Origin: Bacteroidota bacterium
GTDB taxonomy: Bacteria; Bacteroidota; Bacteroidia; J057; JADKCL01
Assembly: GCA_031424495.1 (NCBI GenBank)
Contig: JANPHP010000343.1
Location: 11,218-75,217, forward strand
Length of the DNA: 64,000 nucleotides
Reading direction: 5' to 3'
Below are positions 37,634-48,189 of this stretch, piece after piece. How positions within the stretch are numbered: the stretch's first letter is position 1; every line of letters begins with the position of its first letter. Both the position numbers and the translations under genes were made by a program. Under the pieces are notes generated by a model that saw nothing but the letters and a program-made list of their open reading frames with translations, was not told the DNA's origin and did no database searches.

Positions 37634-39913
37634 TTATTGCTTTACCATTTTCAAATGGTAACTCTCACCTTGCCGTGCGCATTTGAGGATGTACACGCCT
37701 GCCGGCAACGCGTGAACCGCAGCTTCAAAGTCGTGCTGTACACTCGCCGATGCGCCCGACCATTTGGATATAGCAGAACCGTCGATGCGGATGAGCTCCA
37801 AGCGCCAGTCGGCTTGGCTGTCTAACTGCAACTGCACGCTGCCTTGATTGGGATTGGGCCACAGCGCAGGGGCCATGCTGCCACTGCGCGCATTGAGCAC
37901 TTCGTCGCTTGCAGCCAAGGTACGGCTGCCGTCCAAGTCGGTATGGTAGAGGCTGTAACGCAGCAAGCCGCTCGGCGCATCAAGGTCTTGCGCAGCTATG
38001 CTGAGGTCATTGCCAATTTGCCATTCGCCCAAACCTTGCAAATGCCCATCATGAACGCGCTCCAAATCAAACTTGCCTTGCACCAAGCGATCCGTCCAAT
38101 TCCACTCAATCGCAACATTGCCATCGCCTTGCGGCTCGGCGCTCATGCCCAAGTCGTCGAGTGGTGTGATCACGGTATTGCTGAGGGCAATCGCTAAGTC
38201 ATTGAAAGTTGTGAGGCCATTGCGCACGCAAGTCACAACCGAGCCGATTTCCGAAAAAGACATGTGGGAACCGGGGTTGTTCCACACGCCGGCTGCATTG
38301 GTGCGGTTCACGTCGATGTAGCGCAATGCCCCGCCATTGGTATAGCCGCGCTCCACGAGTGTGAGATTGAAGGTGCCCGAGTAGGGCGCGTTTGGTGCCA
38401 ATGTCCAAACACCAGCATTGAGGATGTCGTCATACAATGACCCCGTCTCCGTGATCGCTGGCGCGAGGCCCCCGATGGCAGGATTGAAAAAGCCGCCAAT
38501 TGTGGTAAAGCCCGAGGGATTGATGAGCTCAAGACTCGCCAATTCGTAGTTTGCGGCAGTGCCGAGTGGGTAGTCGTAAATGCGGGTGCCGGGGCCGGTG
38601 AGGATGAGCCGGGCGAGGTTGCCATTGATATAGGATGCCGTGCTATAAGCCGCGACGGCGGCGGGCAACGGGTTGGTGACGGCCATGGCATTGGCGCCCG
38701 TCGTGACCTTGCCATTGTTGAGCGTGAGGATGCTCGACACCTGCACGCTCTTGGCGAGCACGAGGTCGCCACTGGGCTTGTTGACCGTGAGGTTGCCAAA
38801 ATCCTCGGTGAGTTGGATCGTGGGCATTGAAATCGTTTGGTTGGCGCTGCCGACAAAGTTCACCGTGCTTTCGCCCTCGACAAAGTCGCCCGAGCTGGAA
38901 TTGTTGGTCCAGTTGCCAGAGAGGTTGATCACGCCGTCGGGCGTGCCGGGTGTGCCATCGCTAAAATTGAGCACAGTACTGCCAGCGGTGGTACTGTTGG
39001 TGAGGTTGCCAAAGACAGTGAGCATCTTGGTGGGGCTGCCGGTGGCATTGATCCGACGACCGACACCACCTGTGCAGGTGATGTTGTTGCATTGGCAATT
39101 TTGGCCGGGCTGAATTACGATGTCATTGAAACTGCCGGTTGGGAAAGTCACATTGGTCGCCGCAGTCGGGACCAAGCGATCGTCCCAATTGCAGGCATTG
39201 AACCAATTGTCATCTGCGACGCCATTCCATAAGCCTGCCGTCCCTGGAAAGCTGTAAGCGGTTGAGGTCGTCGTAAGCGTCACGTCATCGATGTAAAAGA
39301 CCTCGTCTGAGCGATTGACCGTGGACCGCACCCTGAATTCAAAGGTGTTGGTATTGGCAGGCACCGCATAGATCCATGGATTGGGGACTGTGGCCGGGAT
39401 GCCTGCTGGATTGGTGGCGTAGCTCCACAAGTAGTCGCCCGTCGTCGCCATGGTCTGGATGGTAGTCCAAGCGCCGCCGTCTAGGCGCACTTCAAAATTG
39501 AGATTGTCGCTGCCGTCAAAACCTGCTCCTGAGCAGGCGCTCGGTTGTGCGCGATGGGACACACTGAGTTGGACGCCAGACAAGCAGGAAACATTGACGG
39601 CGTTGAATTGAATCGTGTTTCCATGCATGGGGCAACCCGATGCAGTATTGGCGCCACCCGTGATGCAATTGGTGCCTGTGGTGCAGCCCAGATTGCTGCC
39701 GCCACCTGCGCGGATTGAGAAGGTGCCCGTTTTGGGGCTCGCGGCAACGATACCCGGCGTGATTGGTCCGCCAGCATTCGTGATCGGCAAGAAGCCCCAA
39801 TTGTCTGCGGGAGTACCTTCGCCACCTTGAAATGCGACGACCGTTTGCGCATCTATCCTTTGGAAAATCAGCAACAGCGCAGCAAGTAGGCTATATCGGA
39901 AAATAATTCTCAT
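37634..39913 (-). CDS. Large T9SS-secreted surface protein (beta-helix/adhesin-like)
   Basis: Signal peptide, Gly/Thr/Asn-rich, W....NW....VP motif. CTD LWPNP...LPAGVYIL...KMVKQ. Confidence 0.82.
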   Translation of the reverse strand: MRIIFRYSLLAALLLIFQRIDAQTVVAFQGGEGTPADNWGFLPITNAGGPITPGIVAASPKTGTFSIRAGGGSNLGCTTGTNCITGGANTASGCPMHGNTIQFNAVNVSCLSGVQLSVSHRAQPSACSGAGFDGSDNLNFEVRLDGGAWTTIQTMATTGDYLWSYATNPAGIPATVPNPWIYAVPANTNTFEFRVRSTVNRSDEVFYIDDVTLTTTSTAYSFPGTAGLWNGVADDNWFNACNWDDRLVPTAATNVTFPTGSFNDIVIQPGQNCQCNNITCTGGVGRRINATGSPTKMLTVFGNLTNSTTAGSTVLNFSDGTPGTPDGVINLSGNWTNNSSSGDFVEGESTVNFVGSANQTISMPTIQLTEDFGNLTVNKPSGDLVLAKSVQVSSILTLNNGKVTTGANAMAVTNPLPAAVAAYSTASYINGNLARLILTGPGTRIYDYPLGTAANYELASLELINPSGFTTIGGFFNPAIGGLAPAITETGSLYDDILNAGVWTLAPNAPYSGTFNLTLVERGYTNGGALRYIDVNRTNAAGVWNNPGSHMSFSEIGSVVTCVRNGLTTFNDLAIALSNTVITPLDDLGMSAEPQGDGNVAIEWNWTDRLVQGKFDLERVHDGHLQGLGEWQIGNDLSIAAQDLDAPSGLLRYSLYHTDLDGSRTLAASDEVLNARSGSMAPALWPNPNQGSVQLQLDSQADWRLELIRIDGSAISKWSGASASVQHDFEAAVHALPAGVYILKCARQGESYHLKMVKQ

Positions 39914-40249
39914 TGGAAGGAAGGCAATTTTGACTCCCCAAGTTACCAAAACCCGATGACATAGCGAACGGACTCCTGTCGATGTGGATGGAATGTGGGT
40001 ATCTAGCCATCCGAGATTGCGGTGGAAACCAAGGGATTCGAAGCGAATTTTAGTTCTGCGGATTCAAGACATTTGCGTCGAATCCTACAAATGCCGTTTT
40101 CGATTCAAGGCAACAATTGCCGTGGCTCAATGGCATAGAGGATCAACCTTGGCGAGGGGCGACAACCCTGCCCAATCATCAATCGCAGTCACGACCAAGC
40201 AATTTTCTCGGAACCGGACCTATTTCTTGCTGCTTAGTGAGACTTTTTC

Positions 40250-41818
40250 TCAGAAAGTGATATCCCTTAACAGCGGCATCGACATGCAATGCGATCCGCC
40301 GCGCGCACGTGACAGCTCAGACGAAGGCAGCAAAATCAAGGTATTGGTCACGTCTTGGGGCTTGCGCTCCTCGTTTTCAAATTGCGAAAGCAACTCCTCG
40401 GCGGTGATGACATCAAAGTCGAGCACGTCTTCAAACTCGACCGCTGTGCGCTCGTTGCGGTCATAGCCTAGTACGACGCCTTCCTTCAGTGCCAATACAT
40501 TACAAGAGTCGGTCCATTGCTCGCGCTCGTCAAAGGGGAAGTGCTCGCTGCCGCCGCCGCTGTACACGACCCTGACATCTTCGGGCTTCACCCCAAAATC
40601 CTCGATGCTGATGCGGTGCAGCAAGGTCTCCAAGCCGGGCAATTCCTCGCTTGTGATGCCCTCGCCATTCTTGTTGTAGGGCACGCTGAGCGGCTTGCGA
40701 AACTGCACTACGCTTGTCGTGTGTTCCTCAGGGGCATCGGAGAAAATCTTGGAAAAGTCGACCTTTTCCTCGCCCCGCTTGCGCTTGTGGATGTCGGAAT
40801 ATTCGCCAAACATGACCCATGCATGACGGCTCACTTGCGTGAAAATCGTATCGATGTGCATCACCGTGCGCTCTTGCGGGATCTTCACGACCGACACCTT
40901 CTCAATGCCGAGCGTGGGCACAGCAAAGAGGCGGTGAATGATGGCATCGACGGCACTCGCGGTCGAGCGCTCGCTCACGCCCACGATCAAGTGGTTGGGC
41001 GATATCATCATGACGTCGCCGCCCTCAATAGTGATGCGCTTGTATTTTTGCACATCCTCATCCTCCAAGAAAAAGTCGCTGTCTTCCGTGATCTCGATGA
41101 TGCGCTCGCGGTGATCCTTGAGCAGGCCGTAATAGGTCACATATTTCATGAGGAGCGACTCGCGCTTGCGGGCAGGCATCGAGAGCTTGCTCACGAGGAT
41201 GTGGTCCTTGATCGTGATGCCGATGTCGCGTGTGAAGACGAAGTTGGGAACGGGTGGGAAGATGAATTTCATCTTCTTTTTCGTCTTGTTTTTGCTTTTG
41301 ACCTTGCGCTCATTGCCCTCAGGCTCATAGGAAATGAATCCTGAGATGAACGTCTTGGCGAGGTCCTCGGGCTCCATGAGCTCGAGCTCGTCTTGGATCT
41401 CACGGCTCAAGCCTTCAAAAGCCGAGATGGCGACGATCATGCGGGTGCGCACATCCTTGTCCTTGAGGATGTTGGCCATGAGGCGCTGCACCTCGACGAC
41501 ACGCTCGCTGTTGTGAAAGTGTGGGCTTGTAGGCTTGAAAAAATCTTGCCGTTCGCCCTTTTCAGTTTTGTTGTAGCGGCGCAAAACCTCAGGATCCAGA
41601 AACCAAAGCAAGATTTTGACATATTGGTCATACTCCTTTTGCATGCGCGTGAGCTGCACGGTGTCGTCATACAACCAAGCGTTGAACTTGCTCGGGATAA
41701 TCTTGCCGATGCCGCCGTCTGGGCTGTGAATGAGGAGCTTGCGCAAGCGTCCCACTTCATTGGCGACAAAAATATCCTTGACGGTTTGTGGCGGGTGCGA
41801 AGCTGTATCCATGATCAT
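40250..41818 (-). CDS. Arginine deiminase-family protein
   Basis: EVGRLR, PNFVFTRD, IEGGD, MHIDT and SELSRARGGSHCMSMPL motifs. Confidence 0.88.
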   Translation of the reverse strand: MIMDTASHPPQTVKDIFVANEVGRLRKLLIHSPDGGIGKIIPSKFNAWLYDDTVQLTRMQKEYDQYVKILLWFLDPEVLRRYNKTEKGERQDFFKPTSPHFHNSERVVEVQRLMANILKDKDVRTRMIVAISAFEGLSREIQDELELMEPEDLAKTFISGFISYEPEGNERKVKSKNKTKKKMKFIFPPVPNFVFTRDIGITIKDHILVSKLSMPARKRESLLMKYVTYYGLLKDHRERIIEITEDSDFFLEDEDVQKYKRITIEGGDVMMISPNHLIVGVSERSTASAVDAIIHRLFAVPTLGIEKVSVVKIPQERTVMHIDTIFTQVSRHAWVMFGEYSDIHKRKRGEEKVDFSKIFSDAPEEHTTSVVQFRKPLSVPYNKNGEGITSEELPGLETLLHRISIEDFGVKPEDVRVVYSGGGSEHFPFDEREQWTDSCNVLALKEGVVLGYDRNERTAVEFEDVLDFDVITAEELLSQFENEERKPQDVTNTLILLPSSELSRARGGSHCMSMPLLRDITF

Positions 41819-42176
41819 GTGTCCTTGTGAGAACCTATTATTTACATTCTGTGCTGCATGTTTCCTAGCCTCTGCCAACTGGCAAGACTTTTGAAAACGG
41901 GTTGCAATTTAGGTAAATTCTGGGAATGCTAAGGCTCCGACCTGCTCCAAAACAGGGCAACTTGTCGCCTCCCCAACCACTTACCTTATCCCTTCTGTCT
42001 GATCCCAACAGCAATCTCTTTCATCTGTGCAGGTTGATGCAATCCCAAATTTCCAATAGCCATCAGCATGAGGCTTGAAACCGTTGATGGCGATGCGGGT
42101 GGCATTGAGATTTCCCCGCATTCCCCCCCGACGAACCCAAAAAGAAAGCGTAGATTTGCCCCTAAATCCAACAGAA

Positions 42177-42998
42177 ATGAAGGCTTGCGCAATAGGACTC
42201 TTGGCAGTGTTGATGGCAATGACAGCTTGCACCAAGCTGCCCTTGGTGAATGCTCCCCGTGAAAAGGAAGGCATCAGCTTGGTGCAAAATGCACACTATG
42301 ATGCCGGGTCCAAGATTAGGTATATGGTGAGCAACGACAATACCCACGTGTATTTGCGCTTTGACACCGACAACTATGCAACGATTGTGCGCATCCGCAA
42401 GTATGGCGCCATCGTGCATTTTGATACCGAGGGCAAGAAAAAAGGTCCCTTTTGGCTCAAATATCCCGTCTATTTGCAGGAGGATGGAAATCGGATGCCG
42501 ATCAAAGGCGATGACGAAATGGTGCAAGGCGGCTACTTGCAACGCAACCTTTTCCCACCCACCACAGCCGCCATCTGGCACCAAGGCACAGAGACCCGAG
42601 CCATTGACCTCGGAATCAACGCTGAGAAATTTGTCTGCAAGGCTGGGCTTGATAGCACCGATGTACTGGTGTACATGGTCGGTGTGCCTTTTCAATTATT
42701 GGGTGTGGAGCGCCCCGAGGACCTTTCCAACTTGAACATGCTGTTGGAAATTCCAGCTTCTCCAGACGAGCAAAAGCCGAGCGGCAACGACATGAGCAAT
42801 AGCAGTGGCGTCCCAGGTGGCAGCATGGCAGGAAGCACGATGCCCGGACAAAATGGCGGCGGTATGAACCAAAATATGCCCGGCAGCATGGGCGGCGGCA
42901 TGACAGGCGGCGCACTGTCGTCTGCGCGCCAACCTAGCGGCCCCACCTCGGTCAGGATTTGGATGGAAGTGAAGCTGAGTCCCACAGCCGTGCAATAA
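42177..42998 (+). CDS. Hypothetical lipoprotein with Gly/Met-rich low-complexity segment
   Basis: Lipobox MTAC. TAGATTTG promoter upstream. Confidence 0.72.
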   Translation: MKACAIGLLAVLMAMTACTKLPLVNAPREKEGISLVQNAHYDAGSKIRYMVSNDNTHVYLRFDTDNYATIVRIRKYGAIVHFDTEGKKKGPFWLKYPVYLQEDGNRMPIKGDDEMVQGGYLQRNLFPPTTAAIWHQGTETRAIDLGINAEKFVCKAGLDSTDVLVYMVGVPFQLLGVERPEDLSNLNMLLEIPASPDEQKPSGNDMSNSSGVPGGSMAGSTMPGQNGGGMNQNMPGSMGGGMTGGALSSARQPSGPTSVRIWMEVKLSPTAVQ

Positions 42999-43040
42999 TC
43001 GGCAGGCCCATCGCGCCACATTAACCCCTAAGCTGTTGTC

Positions 43041-45218
43041 ATGAAGGTCTTGCTCATCACACCGCCATTCACCCAGCTCAATACACCCTATCCGGCGACC
43101 GCCTACCTCCAAGGCTTTCTCAAAACGATTGGCCACGAGCCGCACCAGGCCGATCTGGGCATCGAGGTGATCTTGCGCCTGTTTTGTCGCAAGGGCTTGC
43201 AGCGCGTATTTGAGCGGGCGGCAACAGCGAATGTTGAACTTACGGAAAATGCCCAGCGCATCCTCCAGCTTCAGGCCACCTACCTGCGCACGATCGACCC
43301 TGTGATCGCCTTTTTGCAGCACAAAAACCCCACGCTCGCCCATGCCATCGCCGACCGCAGCTACTTGCCCGAGGGCGGCCGATTTGCAGAATTGGAAGAT
43401 TTGGAATGGGCTTTTGGCACGATGGGCAGCCAAGACCAGGCCCGCCACTTAGCGACCTTGTACTTGGAAGATCTGGGCGACCTGATCACCGAGGCCATCG
43501 ATCCGCATTTTGGTTTCAGCCGCTACGCCGAGCGGCTAGGCCGCACCGCCACGCATTTTGATGAGTTGGACGCGGCGCTTCGAATAGAAAATTCGTTGGT
43601 ATCGCAGGTTTTGGTGGATGTATTGGCCGAGAAAATGGCGCTGTGGCAGCCGGAAGTCGTGGGCTTGACGGCACCATTCCCCGGCAATCTCTTTGGCGCT
43701 TTCAAATGTGGCCAATACCTGCATCAGCATTTCCCCCAAGTGAAAATCGTGCTCGGCGGCGGCTTCGCCAATACCGAATTGCGCTCCTTGCGCGACCCCC
43801 GAGTATTTGATTATGTCGACTTCGTCTCCCTCGACGACGGCGAGGCGCCCCTGCAATTTCTATTGGAGCACCTGCAAGGCCGCCGCGAAAAAGGCAAGCT
43901 CAAACGCATATTCGCCAGAGAAGGCGACCGCGTCGTCTACTACAACGGCACCCTCGAAAAAGACATTCCCCAGCGCGAAACCGGTACGCCAGACTATGCA
44001 GATCTGCCCTTGCAAGACTACCTGAGCGTGATCGAAATCGTGAATCCCATGCACCGCCTCTGGAGCGACGGCCGCTGGAATAAGCTCACCCTTGCCCATG
44101 GTTGCTATTGGGGCAAATGCAGTTTCTGCGATGTGAGCCTCGACTACATCCAGCGTTACGAGCCCATGACGGCCGCCTTGCTGTGTGATCGCATCGAGGA
44201 AATCATCGCCCAGACAGGGCAACATGGCTTTCACTTTGTCGACGAGGCCGCCCCGCCCGCGCTCATGCGCGACCTGGCTTTGGAGATCTTGCACCGTGAG
44301 CTCACGGTTGTCTGGTGGACGAATATTCGCTTTGAAAAGAGCTTCACGCCCGACTTGTGCAGGTTGCTCAAGGCATCGGGCTGCATCGCAGTCTCCGGCG
44401 GATTGGAGGTGGCGAGCGATCGCCTCCTCGCCAAGATGAAAAAGGGCGTGACCGTCGCGCAGGTCGCGCGCGTCGCAGACGCCTTCACCGATGCGGGCAT
44501 CATGGTGCACGCCTACCTCATGTATGGTTTCCCGACGCAGACTGCGCAGGAAACCATTGATGCTTTGGAAATGGTGCGGCAGTTGTTTGAGCAGGGTGTC
44601 GTGCAAAGCGGCTTTTGGCATCGCTTTGCGATGACGGCCCATAGCCCTGTCGGCTTGGATCCTGCCGCCTTTGGCGTGCTGGAATCTGGCCCGACCTTCG
44701 GCGGATTTGCCGACAACGACCGCTACCACGACGACCCAGAGGGGGCCGACCACGACTTGTTTTCAGAAGGCTTGCGCAAAAGCCTCTTTAACTATATGCA
44801 GGGCGCTGGTTTTGAATTGCCCTTGAAAAAATGGTTTGGCCACAAGGTGCCCCGCACCAGCATTGCCCCCGACTACATTGCCGATTGCCTTGCCGATGCG
44901 GAGGAGGGAATGCGGAGCAATGCGCTGCTCGTTTGGTTGGGTGAAGCGCCTCAGTTGCGGCCATCAGAGGAGGATCCGGACATCGTGGAGCTGGAATTCA
45001 TGGACCGCAAGGAGGATTTTGTCTTTGAGATGAGCCTGGCATTTGCGGAGTTGCTTACGCTGCAACTCACGGCAGCCCGGCCTGGGCGGGAGCTGTTGTT
45101 TCAGGACTTCAAGGCTGCGTATGAGGCGGCCGAGATCGAGGACTTTGAGACTTTTGAGGATTTTTGGGCAGGGGAAATGGCCGAGCGGCTGCGCGAGGGT
45201 GGTTTGTTGGTGGTTTGA
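43041..45218 (+). CDS. B12-binding radical SAM protein
   Basis: PPFTQLNTPYPA, GCYWGKCSFC (CxxxCxxC) and FVDE motifs. Confidence 0.92.
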   Translation: MKVLLITPPFTQLNTPYPATAYLQGFLKTIGHEPHQADLGIEVILRLFCRKGLQRVFERAATANVELTENAQRILQLQATYLRTIDPVIAFLQHKNPTLAHAIADRSYLPEGGRFAELEDLEWAFGTMGSQDQARHLATLYLEDLGDLITEAIDPHFGFSRYAERLGRTATHFDELDAALRIENSLVSQVLVDVLAEKMALWQPEVVGLTAPFPGNLFGAFKCGQYLHQHFPQVKIVLGGGFANTELRSLRDPRVFDYVDFVSLDDGEAPLQFLLEHLQGRREKGKLKRIFAREGDRVVYYNGTLEKDIPQRETGTPDYADLPLQDYLSVIEIVNPMHRLWSDGRWNKLTLAHGCYWGKCSFCDVSLDYIQRYEPMTAALLCDRIEEIIAQTGQHGFHFVDEAAPPALMRDLALEILHRELTVVWWTNIRFEKSFTPDLCRLLKASGCIAVSGGLEVASDRLLAKMKKGVTVAQVARVADAFTDAGIMVHAYLMYGFPTQTAQETIDALEMVRQLFEQGVVQSGFWHRFAMTAHSPVGLDPAAFGVLESGPTFGGFADNDRYHDDPEGADHDLFSEGLRKSLFNYMQGAGFELPLKKWFGHKVPRTSIAPDYIADCLADAEEGMRSNALLVWLGEAPQLRPSEEDPDIVELEFMDRKEDFVFEMSLAFAELLTLQLTAARPGRELLFQDFKAAYEAAEIEDFETFEDFWAGEMAERLREGGLLVV

Positions 45219-45363
45219 GGGGGATCAACACCAGCAATGGAACCCTTTGAATTCGCATCCGCCGCCCCGTTCGGCCTTGCTCCCCGCTTTTTGAGCGGGA
45301 CGTGGCAGGGCAGGCTCCGGCGTCGCATCGATATCCCTGTGGCCGGAGGCCACGGGATCAGGA

Positions 45364-45783
45364 TCAAATGGTGGCCATTACCTTCAATTCGATGCCGATC
45401 GGGGTCGGCAGGCAATTGATTTCCAGCGTGGTGCGGCAGGGTGGATTGACGGCGAAATATTCTGCCCAGAGCTTATTGTAGATTGGGAAGTCGTCTTTCA
45501 TATTGGTGAGATAGACGGTCACATCCACGATTTTGTCCCAGCTTGATCCTGCATCCTCCAAAACCGATTTCACATTCGCGAATACAGAACGGCATTGCAC
45601 GGCGATGTCGTAAGAGACGATCTCGCCTTGTTCATTCAGCTCGACGCCGGGGATTTTTTTCGTGCCCCGCTCGCGCGGGCCGATGCCGCTCAAAAACAAA
45701 AGGTTGCCCACACGGCGTGCATGAGGGTAGTGGCCGACTGGTTCGGGGGCCTTTTGTGAATGTGTGACTTCTTGCTCTTCCAT
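45364..45783 (-). CDS. RidA/YjgF-family deaminase
   Basis: APEPVGHYPHA, LFLSG, DVTVYL, PCRTT and IELK motifs. Confidence 0.92.
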   Translation of the reverse strand: MEEQEVTHSQKAPEPVGHYPHARRVGNLLFLSGIGPRERGTKKIPGVELNEQGEIVSYDIAVQCRSVFANVKSVLEDAGSSWDKIVDVTVYLTNMKDDFPIYNKLWAEYFAVNPPCRTTLEINCLPTPIGIELKVMATI

Positions 45784-45793
45784 CTGATGATCC

Positions 45794-47293
45794 TCAATTC
45801 AAGAGGCGATTGCGTTTCCAATTGCTTTGCGTCTGGCGCACGGGCCCGTTTCCAGACGCTGCTGGTCCAGCTGCGGCACCTGTACCCAAAATTGTGGCTG
45901 CCACAATGGCTGCCACTTCATTTTCTGCTGCGCTGAGTTCCTGGGCCAGGTACTCAGGCTTGAAATGCTTCTCGACAAATTTGGTATCAAAGTGGCCCGA
46001 GACAAATGCCTCATGCTCCAGCACAAATTCGCAGAAGCGCAGGGTCGTCTCAAAGCCCACGATCTCAAATTCCCGAATCGCGCGCAGCATCTTGGCGATG
46101 GCCGCTGGTCGGTCTGCGGCATGGGCGATGAGCTTGCCGATCATCGGATCGTAATAGATCGGAATCTGCATGCCCTCCTCAAAACCATCGTCGAGGCGAA
46201 TGCCGTGGCCCTGCGGGCGCTTGTACACCTCCAACTTGCCGATATCGGGCAAGAAATTGTTGGTGGGATCCTCGGCATAGACCCTGATCTCGATGGCATG
46301 GCCCAAGATCTGCAAGTCTTCCTGCTTGATGCTGAGCACCTCTCCGCGGGCGATTTTGATTTGCTCTTGCACCAAATCGAGGCCTGTGATCATCTCCGTG
46401 ACCGGATGCTCGACCTGCAAGCGCGTATTCATTTCCAGGAAATAAAAATTGAGCGTCTCGTCGACAAGAAACTCGACGGTGCCTGCATTGAAGTAGTCGC
46501 AGGCGCGGGCGACTGCGACGGCGGCCTCGCCCATCCGCTTGCGCAACTCGGGCGTGAGCACCGACGACGGGGCCTCCTCGACCACCTTTTGGTGGCGGCG
46601 TTGCACGGAGCATTCGCGCTCAAACAGGTAAAGGATATTGCCGTGGCGGTCACCGAGAACTTGGATCTCGATGTGGCGCGGCGAACCCACATATTTTTCA
46701 ATGAAGACGGCACCATCGCCAAAGCTGCTCACAGCCTCGCTCACGGCACGGTCCATCTGCTCCTCAAAATCCTCGACGCGCTCGACAATGCGCATGCCTT
46801 TGCCACCGCCGCCTGCGCTGGCTTTGATCAAGATCGGGAAGCCGATCTGCTGCGCAATCGCCTTGGCGGCTGGAATGTCGCTGATGGCCTCGGCTGTGCC
46901 AGGAACGAGGGGTACATCAAAATTCTTGACAGCCGCCTTGGCGGCGAGTTTGCTGCCCATCACGTCCATGGACTCAGGGCTGGGCCCGATGAAGGTGATT
47001 CCGGCCTCGCCGACCTTGCGTGCAAATGCGGAATTTTCGCTCAAGAAGCCGTAGCCAGGGTGGATGCCGTCCACGCCGTGCTCCAAGCAAAGAGCGATGA
47101 TCTTGTCGCCCAGCAGATAACTCTGGTTGCTCGGGGCAGGGCCGATGCAATAAGCCTCGTCTGCAAAACGCACGTGAGGCGACTGGCGGTCGGCCTCAGA
47201 ATAGATGGCCACCGTGCGAATGCCCATTTCTTTTGCGCTGCGCATCACACGCAAAGCGATCTCTCCACGGTTGGCGACAAGGATTTTCTTCAT
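45794..47293 (-). CDS. accC: Biotin carboxylase
   Basis: ANRGEIA, HPGYGFLSEN, GGGGKGMR, ECSVQRRHQK and EMNTRLQVEHPVTE motifs. Confidence 0.95.
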   Translation of the reverse strand: MKKILVANRGEIALRVMRSAKEMGIRTVAIYSEADRQSPHVRFADEAYCIGPAPSNQSYLLGDKIIALCLEHGVDGIHPGYGFLSENSAFARKVGEAGITFIGPSPESMDVMGSKLAAKAAVKNFDVPLVPGTAEAISDIPAAKAIAQQIGFPILIKASAGGGGKGMRIVERVEDFEEQMDRAVSEAVSSFGDGAVFIEKYVGSPRHIEIQVLGDRHGNILYLFERECSVQRRHQKVVEEAPSSVLTPELRKRMGEAAVAVARACDYFNAGTVEFLVDETLNFYFLEMNTRLQVEHPVTEMITGLDLVQEQIKIARGEVLSIKQEDLQILGHAIEIRVYAEDPTNNFLPDIGKLEVYKRPQGHGIRLDDGFEEGMQIPIYYDPMIGKLIAHAADRPAAIAKMLRAIREFEIVGFETTLRFCEFVLEHEAFVSGHFDTKFVEKHFKPEYLAQELSAAENEVAAIVAATILGTGAAAGPAASGNGPVRQTQSNWKRNRLLN

Positions 47294-47431
47294 GCAAAGT
47301 CCAATTTCAAATGGCCGTAAACATACGAAAAATTGAAGCGCTGGCGGAATCGGTGAGGGGGAGATAGAAAAACTATATGAAGGCATAAAATAGTAAGAGT
47401 GCCGAAATATAGAAATTATTAACTTTGGAAA

Positions 47432-48160
47432 GTGGGAGAGAAAATAGCAATATCAGAAGCCTTTGACGGGAGGTCACAGTTGCCCAAGGCAGCCCTTGCC
47501 CACTATTTGCTCAGCAAGCAGCCCCATTCGAGTAAAACGGCTCTCAATTGGCGCATCCATGAGTTATTGCAGCAAGGGCAAATCTTGAGTATCGGCAGAG
47601 GTCGTTATGCCTTGCCACAAAAAGCAGAATATCGACCCGTGATTGGAGAGCGGATGCGATCGATAGGGGCACTGGTAAAGACAGGCTTTCCTTTTTTGGA
47701 AAGTTCGATCTTTCATACAGAGCAATTGAGCAGCTTCATGCAGCATATACCGGGAAGGCACTTTTTGCTGTTGGAGGTGGAACGTGTGGGAATGGAAGCC
47801 CTGTTCTATAAATTGAAAGATGCTGGGCTGCCGTGCTATTTGCAGCCTGATGTAGCGACGATGCAGCGATATGTCGCCTTTGAACACGAGCCTTTGATCA
47901 TACAACCTTTGCTTACTGAGGCGCCTTTGCTTGGCTCAGGGGAGGTAGCAATGCCATCCTTGGAAAAACTGTTGGTAGACCTGGCATGTGAAAAGGCTAT
48001 CTATAGCGCTTTTCAAGGGGCTGAATTGAGGTATATCTACCAAAATGCGTTTGCGGCATACCAGATTAGAATAGATCGCATGTTACGGTATGCGGATCGG
48101 CGCCGTCGTAGAGATTTGATCTTGAGCTATTTGAATATTTTCGGAATTGAAGTTGTCTGA
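47432..48160 (+). CDS. AbiEi-like antitoxin/regulator (DUF6577-like)
   Basis: N-terminal wHTH (IGRGRY), P.LEKLLVD and MLRYADRR motifs. Precedes an AbiEii gene. Confidence 0.78.
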   Translation: MGEKIAISEAFDGRSQLPKAALAHYLLSKQPHSSKTALNWRIHELLQQGQILSIGRGRYALPQKAEYRPVIGERMRSIGALVKTGFPFLESSIFHTEQLSSFMQHIPGRHFLLLEVERVGMEALFYKLKDAGLPCYLQPDVATMQRYVAFEHEPLIIQPLLTEAPLLGSGEVAMPSLEKLLVDLACEKAIYSAFQGAELRYIYQNAFAAYQIRIDRMLRYADRRRRRDLILSYLNIFGIEVV

Positions 48161-48189
48161 CATTTCATTGGTATTCGTAGGTTTGTGGC

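Noticed and set aside
40115-40190. tRNA-like start (gccgtggctcaatggcatagag)
   Set aside because: No T-loop GTTCRA downstream and no acceptor-stem pairing.
45827-47320. Long antisense ORFs (497 aa here; also 51828-53267, 58376-59815, 63056-63907, 7137-8102, 3666-4589)
   Set aside because: They are shadows of well-supported genes on the opposite strand in GC-rich codon usage and have no motifs of their own.
47395-47431. Operator inverted repeat for the first AbiE pair
   Set aside because: Only weak symmetry (ccgaaa/tttgg), so not supportable.
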